A stretch of DNA of 64,000 bases from Candidatus Enterousia sp. (GTDB lineage Bacteria > Pseudomonadota > Alphaproteobacteria > Rs-D84): assembly GCA_045648665.1 (NCBI GenBank), contig JAZROL010000006.1, forward strand, positions 179-64,178, given 5' to 3'. The first letter of the stretch is position 1. Every line of letters starts with the position of its first letter. Made by a program: the position numbers and the translations under genes. Below the pieces are notes generated by a model. The model did no database searches. It was not told the origin of the DNA and saw only the letters and a program-made list of their open reading frames with translations. Shown one piece after another: positions 9,933 through 18,626 of this stretch.

Positions 9933-10036
9933 AACAATGTTCCTTTTAATTGTACTAATTATAACATAAATACCTAAAATCTTCAATTTTTATATATTTT
10001 GTGATATAATTATTTGGAATACTATAAGGTTATTAT

Positions 10037-10810
10037 ATGCAACTGACCTGGCGACAGAAAGATTTTGAAAAGGATATCGATTTTATACTGTTTCACCAGA
10101 AAGATGGAACACCTGTCTGGTGGCAAAAGCAGTTATTCAATGTGTATCCTGATTTGAATTATGAATATGCCAAATCTTTACCCGAAGAAAAACGGTTTGA
10201 ATATATTACTGGTCAAATGAAGATTCAGGTAAAAAAGAGAAAACCTATCATAGATAACTCTATAAACGAATTTAGTAAAAAGTGGCATAGCTTATCATCC
10301 AAAGCAGAAAATGCTTTTACACAGGCATTTAACAGCGATTGTAGCGGTATATTGAATGATATGATTGCAGAAGTTGGATTAAATCCGATTTGTCCACGTG
10401 ATATTGAAAGCCATACCTTTGATATTTACCATTATTTTGACCCAAGGTATGCAATAACAACAGCTTTACACGAAATAACCCATTTTGCTTGGTTCTATTT
10501 CTGGAACAAGCATTTTCAAGACAATCCAGCAGAATACGATTTTCCAAATATCAAATGGTTGTTGTCAGAGATAGTAGTTGAAACACTTATTCGTAATTCA
10601 GCCATAAATGATTTGATAGAACAACCAAAATATATTGCTTATTCATATTTCTATGATATGAAAATTGGTAATGAATTGATATTTGATACTATGAAGCGTT
10701 TGTATATGAACCGTAAAGATATATATGATTTTATGGATAAAGCATTTGAATGGATAAAATCAAACGAACCAGAACTTCGTGATAAAATCCAAAAAGCAGA
10801 ATCAAAATAA
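10037..10810 (+). CDS. Hypothetical protein with HExxH motif (possible metallopeptidase)
   Basis: ALHEITHFAWF motif; no other signature recognised. Confidence 0.45.
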   Translation: MQLTWRQKDFEKDIDFILFHQKDGTPVWWQKQLFNVYPDLNYEYAKSLPEEKRFEYITGQMKIQVKKRKPIIDNSINEFSKKWHSLSSKAENAFTQAFNSDCSGILNDMIAEVGLNPICPRDIESHTFDIYHYFDPRYAITTALHEITHFAWFYFWNKHFQDNPAEYDFPNIKWLLSEIVVETLIRNSAINDLIEQPKYIAYSYFYDMKIGNELIFDTMKRLYMNRKDIYDFMDKAFEWIKSNEPELRDKIQKAESK

Positions 10811-10842
10811 AACACTCCCAGCATTTAACTAAGGAACATGCT

Positions 10843-11169
10843 TTAATCGCTATATTTCTTGTTTAATATGTCCTTTTCGTATCTTTCTACATATTTACCA
10901 AAATCAATATTTTTACGTTCTTCAAATGCCTCTGGAGCAATATTCATTAAAGTGCTTAACTTATTTATTAAATCGGCAATCATCTTAAGTTCAAACTCTT
11001 TATCCAGGAACTCAATATTTGTGGGAATGTCAATAGATGAGAATTCACCATCTTCATCAAATGATATAATGAACCCAGAAATTTGGATATAATTATCTAA
11101 AACTAATACTACTTCTTGTTTATTGATGTTTCCATCCTTTGCTTCCGTCTTTAATTTTGTAATTTGCAT
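10843..11169 (-). CDS. Hypothetical protein (108 aa)
   Basis: ORF only; acidic; no motif. Confidence 0.4.
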   Translation of the reverse strand: MQITKLKTEAKDGNINKQEVVLVLDNYIQISGFIISFDEDGEFSSIDIPTNIEFLDKEFELKMIADLINKLSTLMNIAPEAFEERKNIDFGKYVERYEKDILNKKYSD

Positions 11170-11421
11170 GATAGCCCCCTATGCTTTTTTCTTTATTTAT
11201 TAAGAACTATGTTCGCAAAACAAAAGATTATCCTTGTAATTTTTTGCCTGTTATTACAAGAAAATCATATACAAATACCATATCAGATGTGGGTTAGCAC
11301 ATACCCACTAACCTAAAAACATCCGAAATAAACATCCTTTATAAGAGGCATTTCTAATTCGTACAAATATAAATATTTGCAAAATTTACGTTCTATATAC
11401 TAAGGAACCCAAGGATTTAAC

Positions 11422-11646
11422 ATGATTAATAACAATATATTTTATCCCGATACATTGATTACTGTTGATGAACTATCAAAGATGAGCGGTATTAGCAAAT
11501 CAACCCTTTACCACGATATTTATAAGTCTAAAAAACAAGATTTGAAACCATTATTCCCATATATTAAGTTGGGTGGGAAAATCCTTTTCAGAAGTTCTGA
11601 CATACAAAATACTATTAACAATGCTTTTTCCATTAATAAATATTAA
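11422..11646 (+). CDS. AlpA/excisionase-type helix-turn-helix DNA-binding protein
   Basis: ITVDELSKMSGISKSTLYHDIYK resembles the excisionase/AlpA (MerR-superfamily) HTH. 74 aa. Located in the mobility core. Confidence 0.6.
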   Translation: MINNNIFYPDTLITVDELSKMSGISKSTLYHDIYKSKKQDLKPLFPYIKLGGKILFRSSDIQNTINNAFSINKY

Positions 11647-11683
11647 TCCTATGACCCAAAAGCCATAGGATTATATCTAACAC

Positions 11684-12601
11684 CTATTTTCTAAAAATAC
11701 GGTATATTCTACCAGCTAATTTGTTTATAGGATTAGGTATATTTAATATACCTTTTTTCTTTTTATCAAAAGCTGTTTTTATCATACCGATAAGCTCTTT
11801 AAATTTCCCCCTTTTCTTTTGACGTTCTTTTCTTTCTTCTTCAGATTCCTTCGGTTTCTTTTCAAAAGACACATGAAACAATGTTTCCATTGTATAATAC
11901 ATTGGGATATCGGCTTCTTGGAGATAATCTTTCCGATCAAATTTAAGTTCTTTAACTAGATACATGCATACACCCTCTTTGTCATACACATATCTAAAAT
12001 CAATAACATTTTTACCAAATTGGAACTTTTCTCTGACTGTTTCACAAGCTTCCTCTAATGCTGGCATTTTCCAATATTTAGGTTGTTCTGGAGGAGCTAT
12101 AATACCTATATGACAATGCCAGATTTTTTCTTTCCCTTTTTCTATAACAAAAATAAAATCAAATCCGGGTTGCTTCTCCCAATGACTTCTTCCTACACAA
12201 GCTCTCTGAATCTCTCTAAGTATTTTTCTATACATTTTTAATGATTCAGTAAAATCCTGTGTTCTCGCATATCCACAATTAGACTTAGAAGGTAATTTTA
12301 TACTCAATAAAGCAACTATATTATGCTTCATAAAGTCTTCTTTCAAAGCAATCTGATAATCATTTAATTTTATGTCATGTTTTCTAAATTTTCCATTGGA
12401 TTCCCACCAAAGTTCTTTTTTAAATTCAGGATCTTGCAATATAGTTTCTGGTTCTCTCTTAAAACATGTTTTATCTGTTTTAGATCTAACCCAGGTACGT
12501 CTTTTTATAGTTTTACTATACTTTATTTTCTCTATCTCAGAAGGATCTACATAACATAAAGGTATAGCCCATTCTGGTACATAATACTTTTTCTTATTCA
12601 T
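11684..12601 (-). CDS. Putative rolling-circle (HUH) replication/relaxase-like protein
   Basis: FIFVIEKGKEKIWHCHIGII gives an HUH-like H-C-H followed by hydrophobics. The downstream MYLVKELK fits the YxxK catalytic-Tyr motif. Assignment is by motif only. Confidence 0.35.
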   Translation of the reverse strand: MNKKKYYVPEWAIPLCYVDPSEIEKIKYSKTIKRRTWVRSKTDKTCFKREPETILQDPEFKKELWWESNGKFRKHDIKLNDYQIALKEDFMKHNIVALLSIKLPSKSNCGYARTQDFTESLKMYRKILREIQRACVGRSHWEKQPGFDFIFVIEKGKEKIWHCHIGIIAPPEQPKYWKMPALEEACETVREKFQFGKNVIDFRYVYDKEGVCMYLVKELKFDRKDYLQEADIPMYYTMETLFHVSFEKKPKESEEERKERQKKRGKFKELIGMIKTAFDKKKKGILNIPNPINKLAGRIYRIFRK

Positions 12602-12852
12602 TTCTTTATTCCTTATATTTTAAATCGTTAACGTTATGGATGTTGGTTAAAAAAAGACAAAAAAAAGGAGACCCTCCCAATTTTTTTTCATCACCCGGCC
12701 AGACAAAATCGTTTAAAGAATAAGTTAAGTTACTTATTATTAATTTTGCCTATTGAATAAGAACTCATAATTTTTCTGAAAATTGCATTTTTTTACTTAT
12801 TTCTTTGCATGAATATTTTGAATAGTGCATAATTAGAAAAAAGGATAAAAAC

Positions 12853-13242
12853 ATGGAAAAATATGATTCATTCCAAGCATTATTATCAATGTCCCCTGAA
12901 CTGAAAAAGGTTTACGACACCTTACTCCCAGAAGACATATCAAAACACTTACATAAGGAAGCCCTGACACATCTTCAGGAATCTATAAAGACATTTATTA
13001 GAACTCTTATGATAAACAATATATTAAAAGATTTTATTCAGATTACTCGTTCTGACATATCTATGTATGTATCAGACATCTTAAATCTACAATCGACAGA
13101 AAAACTTAAAAAGCACCTTATATCTATTTACAGTAAACCAGGGGTAAACATTTCTGAAGAGGAAGCAGAAAATATGATAGAAAACATGGATATTTTAATA
13201 AAACAATTAATTAATAACATAAAAGGTGAAAACAATGGCTAA
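12853..13242 (+). CDS. Hypothetical protein (129 aa)
   Basis: ORF only; overlaps the recombinase start, suggesting co-transcription. Confidence 0.4.
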   Translation: MEKYDSFQALLSMSPELKKVYDTLLPEDISKHLHKEALTHLQESIKTFIRTLMINNILKDFIQITRSDISMYVSDILNLQSTEKLKKHLISIYSKPGVNISEEEAENMIENMDILIKQLINNIKGENNG

Positions 13243-14866
13243 AGTTACAGATAAAGACCTTTTAAAAAAATTAGGTGCAACAAAAAGCATTAACAAATTA
13301 GAAAAACAAACCAACCATAATACCAATTTGCAATACGTTGGTTTAGCCAGAGTTTCAACCATTAAACAAGAACAAAACGGTCAATCTCTGGAAACCCAAA
13401 AGAATATCATTACCGATTATTGTCAATCTCATAACTATCCTTTATCATATATCGAGCAATTAGCAGAAAGTGCATCAAAACAACATCGTAAACAATTTCA
13501 AAATTTTTTAAACCGTTTATCAAAGAACACCAAAAATAAAACAGCCATTATTGTAACAAGAGTGGATAGATTAACCAGACAAGAATGCAGTCTTCTTGAT
13601 GATTTAAGACTAAAGGACAAAATAGAAATTCATATTGTTTCAGATAATAAAAAATTAACATCTAAATCTAGCCCCGATGAAGTTGTTATATGGGAATTTA
13701 ATGTCAGTTTGGCCAAACGAGAAGCAAGTTTGTTATCAAACAGAGTAAAAGAAGTTCGTAACGCACAAATGCAAAATGGACAATATCCAAGGGCGGCACT
13801 TGTTGGATATCTAAACTCAACCAATTCACAAAAGAAAAAAACTATTATCAAAGATCCAGATAAAGCACATTTAGTAAAGAAAGTACTTGAAGAATTCGCC
13901 AAAGGAACTTATACACTCGATACGATATGTGCTTATGCTAACGACATTGGATTAACAAGCAAAAAGAATCAAAAATGGGTAAGAGGTAATATGTCCAGCA
14001 TGTTACACAATCCGTTTTATTGTGGATTCTTTATAGATGGCGATAATACATATAGACATGTATATGACACACTTATCACTGTAGATACATATCAAAAAAT
14101 ACAGGATATTTTATCGGGTAGAAACAAAAAGGCTATTCGTGCCAACCAAAAGAACAGTCAAGTATTTATATTCAGTAATGTAATTAAGTGCAAATGTGGT
14201 TGTCAAATGACAACTATAGAAAAACGTAAACCAAATGGTAAAACGTACAGATACGTAAAATGTTCTCATGCATCAACAACTACACCTTGTGATGTAAAAG
14301 AAGTAAATGAAAATGTGTTTTTAACACAATTAAAAACAGAAGTACTAGATAAACTTAACTTTGATCCAGAAATATTAAAAATATACGAACCAGCAATCAA
14401 AAAAGCTATTCAATTAGAACAAGCAAGTAGCAAACAACAGCTAACCCAACTACAAATTCAAAAAGATGAACTTGAAGCAGAATTAAAAGGGTATATAAAA
14501 TCCGTATCACAAGGCATTATAACCAAAGATGACTTTGAAATGATGAAACAAGATATTTTAGTCAGAAAAGCTCAAATAGAAGAAAAAATAGCCACAGCAA
14601 ACGTATCTGAAGAACGTGTAGATAAAATATTAAAAAAAGTATTAAAAATGCTTAGTTCCGGGAACGAATTATTTGAGAGTTCCCAAGTAGATGAAAAAAA
14701 TCGCTTTCTTAAAATTTTACTTGGGAACTGTATTTACGATGGTAAAAAACTGCAGATTTCCGTGAAAAAACCGTTCGATTTATTCATCTCGAACGGTTTA
14801 AATCATACTTGGCAGCCCCACTCGGATTTGAACCGGGATTCTCGCCTTGAAAGGGCGGTGTCCTAA
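13235..14866 (+). CDS. Large serine recombinase (integrase)
   Basis: Resolvase catalytic N-terminus (VGLARVSTIKQ..SLETQ, VTRVDRLTR). Recombinase domain, Cys cluster CKCGCQ...CSHASTTTPC (zinc ribbon) and a long coiled coil. The last 19 codons are antisense to tRNA-Glu. Confidence 0.85.
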   Translation: MAKVTDKDLLKKLGATKSINKLEKQTNHNTNLQYVGLARVSTIKQEQNGQSLETQKNIITDYCQSHNYPLSYIEQLAESASKQHRKQFQNFLNRLSKNTKNKTAIIVTRVDRLTRQECSLLDDLRLKDKIEIHIVSDNKKLTSKSSPDEVVIWEFNVSLAKREASLLSNRVKEVRNAQMQNGQYPRAALVGYLNSTNSQKKKTIIKDPDKAHLVKKVLEEFAKGTYTLDTICAYANDIGLTSKKNQKWVRGNMSSMLHNPFYCGFFIDGDNTYRHVYDTLITVDTYQKIQDILSGRNKKAIRANQKNSQVFIFSNVIKCKCGCQMTTIEKRKPNGKTYRYVKCSHASTTTPCDVKEVNENVFLTQLKTEVLDKLNFDPEILKIYEPAIKKAIQLEQASSKQQLTQLQIQKDELEAELKGYIKSVSQGIITKDDFEMMKQDILVRKAQIEEKIATANVSEERVDKILKKVLKMLSSGNELFESSQVDEKNRFLKILLGNCIYDGKKLQISVKKPFDLFISNGLNHTWQPHSDLNRDSRLERAVS

Positions 14867-14884
14867 CCATTAGACGATGGGGCC
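14810..14884 (-). tRNA. tRNA-Glu (anticodon UUC)
   Basis: Reverse complement GGCCCCATCGTCTAATGGTTAGGACACCGCCCTTTCAAGGCGAGAATCCCGGTTCAAATCCGAGTGGGGCTGCCA folds as a cloverleaf. Anticodon loop CTTTCAA. Encoded CCA. Confidence 0.9.
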
Positions 14885-14906
14885 AAAACTCTTTTCAAGC
14901 GGACAA

Positions 14907-14935
14907 ATTTTATATGATTATTTGTCACTTGTCAA
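14907..14935 (-). promoter_or_regulatory. Sigma70-type promoter for tRNA-Glu (TTGACA-17-TAAAAT)
   Basis: Minus strand reads ttgacaagtgacaaataatcatataaaat, about 22 nt upstream of the tRNA 5' end. Confidence 0.55.
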
Positions 14936-14980
14936 GAATTATCTGCAAGCGTTTAAACACGATTGGGCAATTCTTAGTTT

Positions 14981-15009
14981 AAAATAAAAATACCGCCACG
15001 ATGGGCGGT
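14981..15009 (-). terminator. Intrinsic terminator downstream of tRNA-Asp
   Basis: Minus strand ACCGCC-catcgt-GGCGGT followed by ATTTTTATTTT. Confidence 0.6.
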
Positions 15010-15017
15010 GAAATCTC

Positions 15018-15095
15018 TGGCGGGATGTAAGGGGCTCGAACCCTCGACCTTCTGCGTGACAGGCAGACGCTCTAAACCAGCTGAGCTAACACCCC
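15018..15095 (-). tRNA. tRNA-Asp (anticodon GUC)
   Basis: Reverse complement GGGGTGTTAGCTCAGCTGGTTTAGAGCGTCTGCCTGTCACGCAGAAGGTCGAGGGTTCGAGCCCCTTACATCCCGCCA. Anticodon loop CTGTCAC. Encoded CCA. Confidence 0.9.
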
Positions 15096-15200
15096 AGAGC
15101 AAGGTGTATATTATAATTAAATCTTCACAAAAGCAAGCATTTTTTTCATAAATTTTATTTTTATATAAAATATGCAAAATTCTGTTTTTTATTTCATAAA

Positions 15201-15229
15201 TTGACATTGTTATTATTTGTTTTTATAAT
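15201..15229 (+). promoter_or_regulatory. Consensus sigma70 promoter (TTGACA-17-TATAAT) ending 6 nt before the lptE ATG
   Basis: ttgacattgttattatttgtttttataat cgcggt ATG read directly. The predicted TSS falls at or next to the start codon. Confidence 0.55.
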
Positions 15230-15235
15230 CGCGGT

Positions 15236-15691
15236 ATGAAAAAGTTAATTTTGATTTTATTGCTTGCCGGATGCAGTTTTAGACCTATTTTTTCAGGGCA
15301 AAATATAAATGTTTATGTCGCGCCAATCAGTGGTGTTAATGGTATTGAATTACGTAATTCTTTGAATGCCAGGTTCGGTGGTATGCATGAAGAAAATGCT
15401 AAATATAATTTGGTGGTGAATTTACAAGAACCTGTCACGGAATATATGGCTTTGGAACGCACAGGGGATGCAACCTGGCAAAAGGTTATATTAAACGCAT
15501 CGTATGTGTTGAAATATGATGGCAAGGAAATTGCATCTGGCGCCGAATCTGCATCCGAAAGTTATAGTTTTGTTCGATATCTTGTTGCGGCAAATGCTTC
15601 ATATAATAATGCCGTATTGAACAGTATTCATTTGTTGGCAGATAAAATCGGTATGCGTGTGATTGCCGAAACACAAAAAAACACTGATTAG
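15236..15691 (+). CDS. lptE: LPS-assembly lipoprotein LptE-like
   Basis: Signal peptide with lipobox LLAGC. 151 aa. Immediately upstream of holA, as in the proteobacterial leuS-lptE-holA arrangement. Confidence 0.6.
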   Translation: MKKLILILLLAGCSFRPIFSGQNINVYVAPISGVNGIELRNSLNARFGGMHEENAKYNLVVNLQEPVTEYMALERTGDATWQKVILNASYVLKYDGKEIASGAESASESYSFVRYLVAANASYNNAVLNSIHLLADKIGMRVIAETQKNTD

Positions 15692-15699
15692 CATATAGT

Positions 15700-16686
15700 A
15701 TGAAATGGAAAGAGTCTGATTTTAATTCTGGAATATTAAATGTCAATGCGGTGTTGATATATGGTCCGGATGCTGGATTGGTTGACGAATATTGCGACAA
15801 AGCTATTGAAAAACTTGATGTTGATAAAGATAATTTACTGGCCATTGATGCAAATGAATTACGTGAAAAACAAGATGCTGTGTTCGCAGAAAGTTGCAGT
15901 CCCTCTATGTTTGGTGGAAATAAAGCGGTATTAATATCAGGGGCAGGGGATGGCGACAGTAAAATTATAGCAGAGTTGGTCACTTTATCGTCATTATGTG
16001 CGACTATTATTATCACCGCGGGTGATTTGCGCGTAGGGTCATTACGTAAATTGTTTGAAGAAGGAAAAAATATAGCTGCAATCGCTTGCTATACTGATGA
16101 TACGAAAACTTTGGAAGCTTTAATACACAAAGAGTTATCGGCGGACGCCGGAATACGTCAGGTTACACCAGATGCTATGTCCTATATGTTGTCACACATG
16201 GGGGGTGATCGCGGAATTACACGTGGATTTTTGCAAAAAATAGCAATTTATGTTTCTGATAAACATACTGTGGAATTAGAAGATGTTGAGAAATGTTTGC
16301 CGGATACTTCTGCATCCAGTGCAGATGATTATATGTATTCTATGACTGCGGGTCATATAAATCAAACTATGGTTGCGCTGGACAGGCTTGTTTACGGCGG
16401 TGCAGATGCAAATATGTTGGTTCGTATGTTATATAATCATTTCACTAAATTGTTAATAGCTGTTGTGGATGGACAATTACCAAAATTATTTTGGAAAGTT
16501 GCGGATAAGTTTAATATGGCTATGAAAATATGGCCGGAAAGCGAAATAGTAAACGTTTTATCTAAATTAAATGATTTGGAAAAAATGTGCAGAACAAGTG
16601 GTATGCAGCCCGAAATTTTAATCAGAGATTTTTCTTTGAAATTATCGGTGCGTGCTGCTAAATTGGCTTTGAAAAAAAGGAAATAA
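15700..16686 (+). CDS. holA: DNA polymerase III delta subunit
   Basis: 328 aa. N-terminal VLIYGPDAGLV pattern. Position after lptE. Confidence 0.75.
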   Translation: MKWKESDFNSGILNVNAVLIYGPDAGLVDEYCDKAIEKLDVDKDNLLAIDANELREKQDAVFAESCSPSMFGGNKAVLISGAGDGDSKIIAELVTLSSLCATIIITAGDLRVGSLRKLFEEGKNIAAIACYTDDTKTLEALIHKELSADAGIRQVTPDAMSYMLSHMGGDRGITRGFLQKIAIYVSDKHTVELEDVEKCLPDTSASSADDYMYSMTAGHINQTMVALDRLVYGGADANMLVRMLYNHFTKLLIAVVDGQLPKLFWKVADKFNMAMKIWPESEIVNVLSKLNDLEKMCRTSGMQPEILIRDFSLKLSVRAAKLALKKRK

Positions 16687-16689
16687 AAA

Positions 16690-17457
16690 ATGTTAGCATC
16701 TGTGTATGCACCGAAAGATTTTAAAAGATTAAGGGTATCTGGTGATTTAGTTGCTCGTTGTTTCGATTATATTACCCCGCATATTGTCGCCGGAATATCT
16801 ACGGGTGAAATAGACAGATTAGTTGCAGGTTTTCTTAAAGAAAACGGTGCGCGTTCATCTGATTTGGGATATATGGGATATCCTAAAAGCATTTGCACAT
16901 CGGTTAATGATGTTATTGTGCATGGAATCCCCAGTGATGATGTGATATTAAAAGATGGTGATATTGTAAATGTTGATTTGACTGCTGAATATCATGGTTT
17001 TCATGGTGATGCATCGCGTATGTTTATGATTGGTAATGTTTCAAACAAAGCACGTGAGTTAGTGCAAACTTGTCAAGATGCATTAAATGCGGCGATTTCA
17101 ATTTGTGCGCCTGGGGTGCCTTTGTCCGAAATAGGTAAAACCATAGAAGCAGTTGTTAAACCACATGGTTTTTCTATATCACGTGATTTTGTTGGACACG
17201 GTATCGGCAAAGTTATGCATGATGATCCACAGATATATCATTTTTATGATAAAATGTGGGATAAAGTAAAAATGGTGCCGGGCCTTGTTTTTACCATAGA
17301 ACCAATGATAAACACTGGAAAACCCGATTGTAAAATAGATCCTGATGGTTGGACTGCGCGTACGGTTGATGGTGGATTATCTGCGCAATGGGAACATACA
17401 CTTGGTATCACAGAAGATGGTGTAATTATATTTACTGAAAAAATGGTCAATGATTAA
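16690..17457 (+). CDS. map: Methionine aminopeptidase, type I
   Basis: VHGIP, DLTAEYHGFHGD, GHGIG, FTIEPM and WEHT metal-ligand contexts. Confidence 0.92.
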   Translation: MLASVYAPKDFKRLRVSGDLVARCFDYITPHIVAGISTGEIDRLVAGFLKENGARSSDLGYMGYPKSICTSVNDVIVHGIPSDDVILKDGDIVNVDLTAEYHGFHGDASRMFMIGNVSNKARELVQTCQDALNAAISICAPGVPLSEIGKTIEAVVKPHGFSISRDFVGHGIGKVMHDDPQIYHFYDKMWDKVKMVPGLVFTIEPMINTGKPDCKIDPDGWTARTVDGGLSAQWEHTLGITEDGVIIFTEKMVND

Positions 17458-18136
17458 AGATGAAGAAGTAAAATCTTTACAACAAGGTCACAGAGAAAGA
17501 CTTCGCAAAAAGTTTCTGGAAGATCATTTGGAAGAATATGAAATTCTGGAATTATTGCTGACCTATGCCATACCACGTCGCGATGTTCGTTTGTTGGCGC
17601 GCAGGCTTTATAACAAATACGGTAATATTCCCCGCATGTTGTCCGTTCCGTATGAAAAATTGATGGAAAATGAAGGGGTAAAAGAAAACACTGCCGTTTT
17701 CTTTAAAGTTATACACAGTTTAATGTTGTTAAAATATGAAAGTGTTTTGAAAGATATCCCTGTGTTTCACGACTATGATAAATTGATACATTATTGTCAA
17801 TTGAGTGTCGGTGGCAAAGCAACAGAAGAATTTCATGTTCTGTATCTGGACGGAAAATATAGATTAATCAAAGATGAATTGCATAGTGCTGGAACCACAG
17901 ATTGGGCGGCGGTTTATGTTCGTGAAATCATTAAAAAAGCGGTGATATTAAACGCGCGTAATGTTATTTTGTATCATAATCATCCAACCCCAGGAACATG
18001 TTTTTCAGAAGAAGATATAAATATGACTGTGGATTTAGAAAAGTCTCTTTTAAAATTAAATATAGGTCTGTATGACCATTTGGTTATATCTGGAAATGAC
18101 GCGTATTCAGCAAGAAATATGCATTTATTAGATTGA
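17450..18136 (+). CDS. radC: RadC-family JAB/MPN domain protein
   Basis: C-terminal HNHPTP JAMM motif. HhH-like N-terminus. 8-nt overlap with map. Confidence 0.85.
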   Translation: MIKDEEVKSLQQGHRERLRKKFLEDHLEEYEILELLLTYAIPRRDVRLLARRLYNKYGNIPRMLSVPYEKLMENEGVKENTAVFFKVIHSLMLLKYESVLKDIPVFHDYDKLIHYCQLSVGGKATEEFHVLYLDGKYRLIKDELHSAGTTDWAAVYVREIIKKAVILNARNVILYHNHPTPGTCFSEEDINMTVDLEKSLLKLNIGLYDHLVISGNDAYSARNMHLLD

Positions 18137-18143
18137 ATATAAA

Positions 18144-18623
18144 TTAATTTTCGGTTTCTGTGACTGTTGCATCTTCATAAACTATACCAGAATCAACCAC
18201 ATCAAAATTTTCATAAAGCAGATAGTTATCATTGTTTTCATAACGTTTATTACGTTCTGCTAATAACGCATCAACTTCGGCACGTGATACCTGAATTGTT
18301 TTGCAGCCACGTGCAAATAAATCATCACCGTATACAACGTTAACTATTGGTTTTACAACACTTAAAACACAGAAAATTAAAATTAAAGATTTTGCATTGT
18401 TAAAGACTGTATTTATATTCACACCGTTTTTAATGTACAATATGCCCCAACCAAATAACATAATTAAAGTAAAAACACAAATAGCAATCCAAGCCCAATC
18501 CAACAAAGTATCAAACACCGGTAATATACAAGACGGATCAATCACAGATATATAATCAGGTTGCACATCAATGCCCGTGAATCCAGAATTTTCTAAGATA
18601 AGTTTAATTAGATTTTCGTTCAT
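18144..18623 (-). CDS. Hypothetical membrane protein (159 aa)
   Basis: Two hydrophobic helices (WAWIAICVFTLIMLFGWGILYI; LILIFCVLSVVKPIV). Confidence 0.5.
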   Translation of the reverse strand: MNENLIKLILENSGFTGIDVQPDYISVIDPSCILPVFDTLLDWAWIAICVFTLIMLFGWGILYIKNGVNINTVFNNAKSLILIFCVLSVVKPIVNVVYGDDLFARGCKTIQVSRAEVDALLAERNKRYENNDNYLLYENFDVVDSGIVYEDATVTETEN

Positions 18624-18626
18624 GTA

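Larger units (their letters stand above)
1..14809. mobile_element. Accessory genomic island abutting the 3' end of tRNA-Glu; mobility core at about 11.2-14.8 kb; left end not defined, may lie outside the window
   Basis: Serine recombinase, HUH-Rep-like and AlpA-like HTH genes sit next to the tRNA 3' end. Cargo is non-housekeeping (Fic, ABC exporter, GNATs, HExxH proteins, helicase). The region looks more AT-rich by eye than the flanking housekeeping DNA. No direct repeat of the tRNA end was found in the window. Confidence 0.5.

Noticed and set aside
14974-15207. 77-aa minus-strand ORF
   Set aside because: It contains the tRNA-Asp sequence in frame (…GVSSAGLERLPVTQKVEGSSP…), which makes it an artefact of the tRNA gene.
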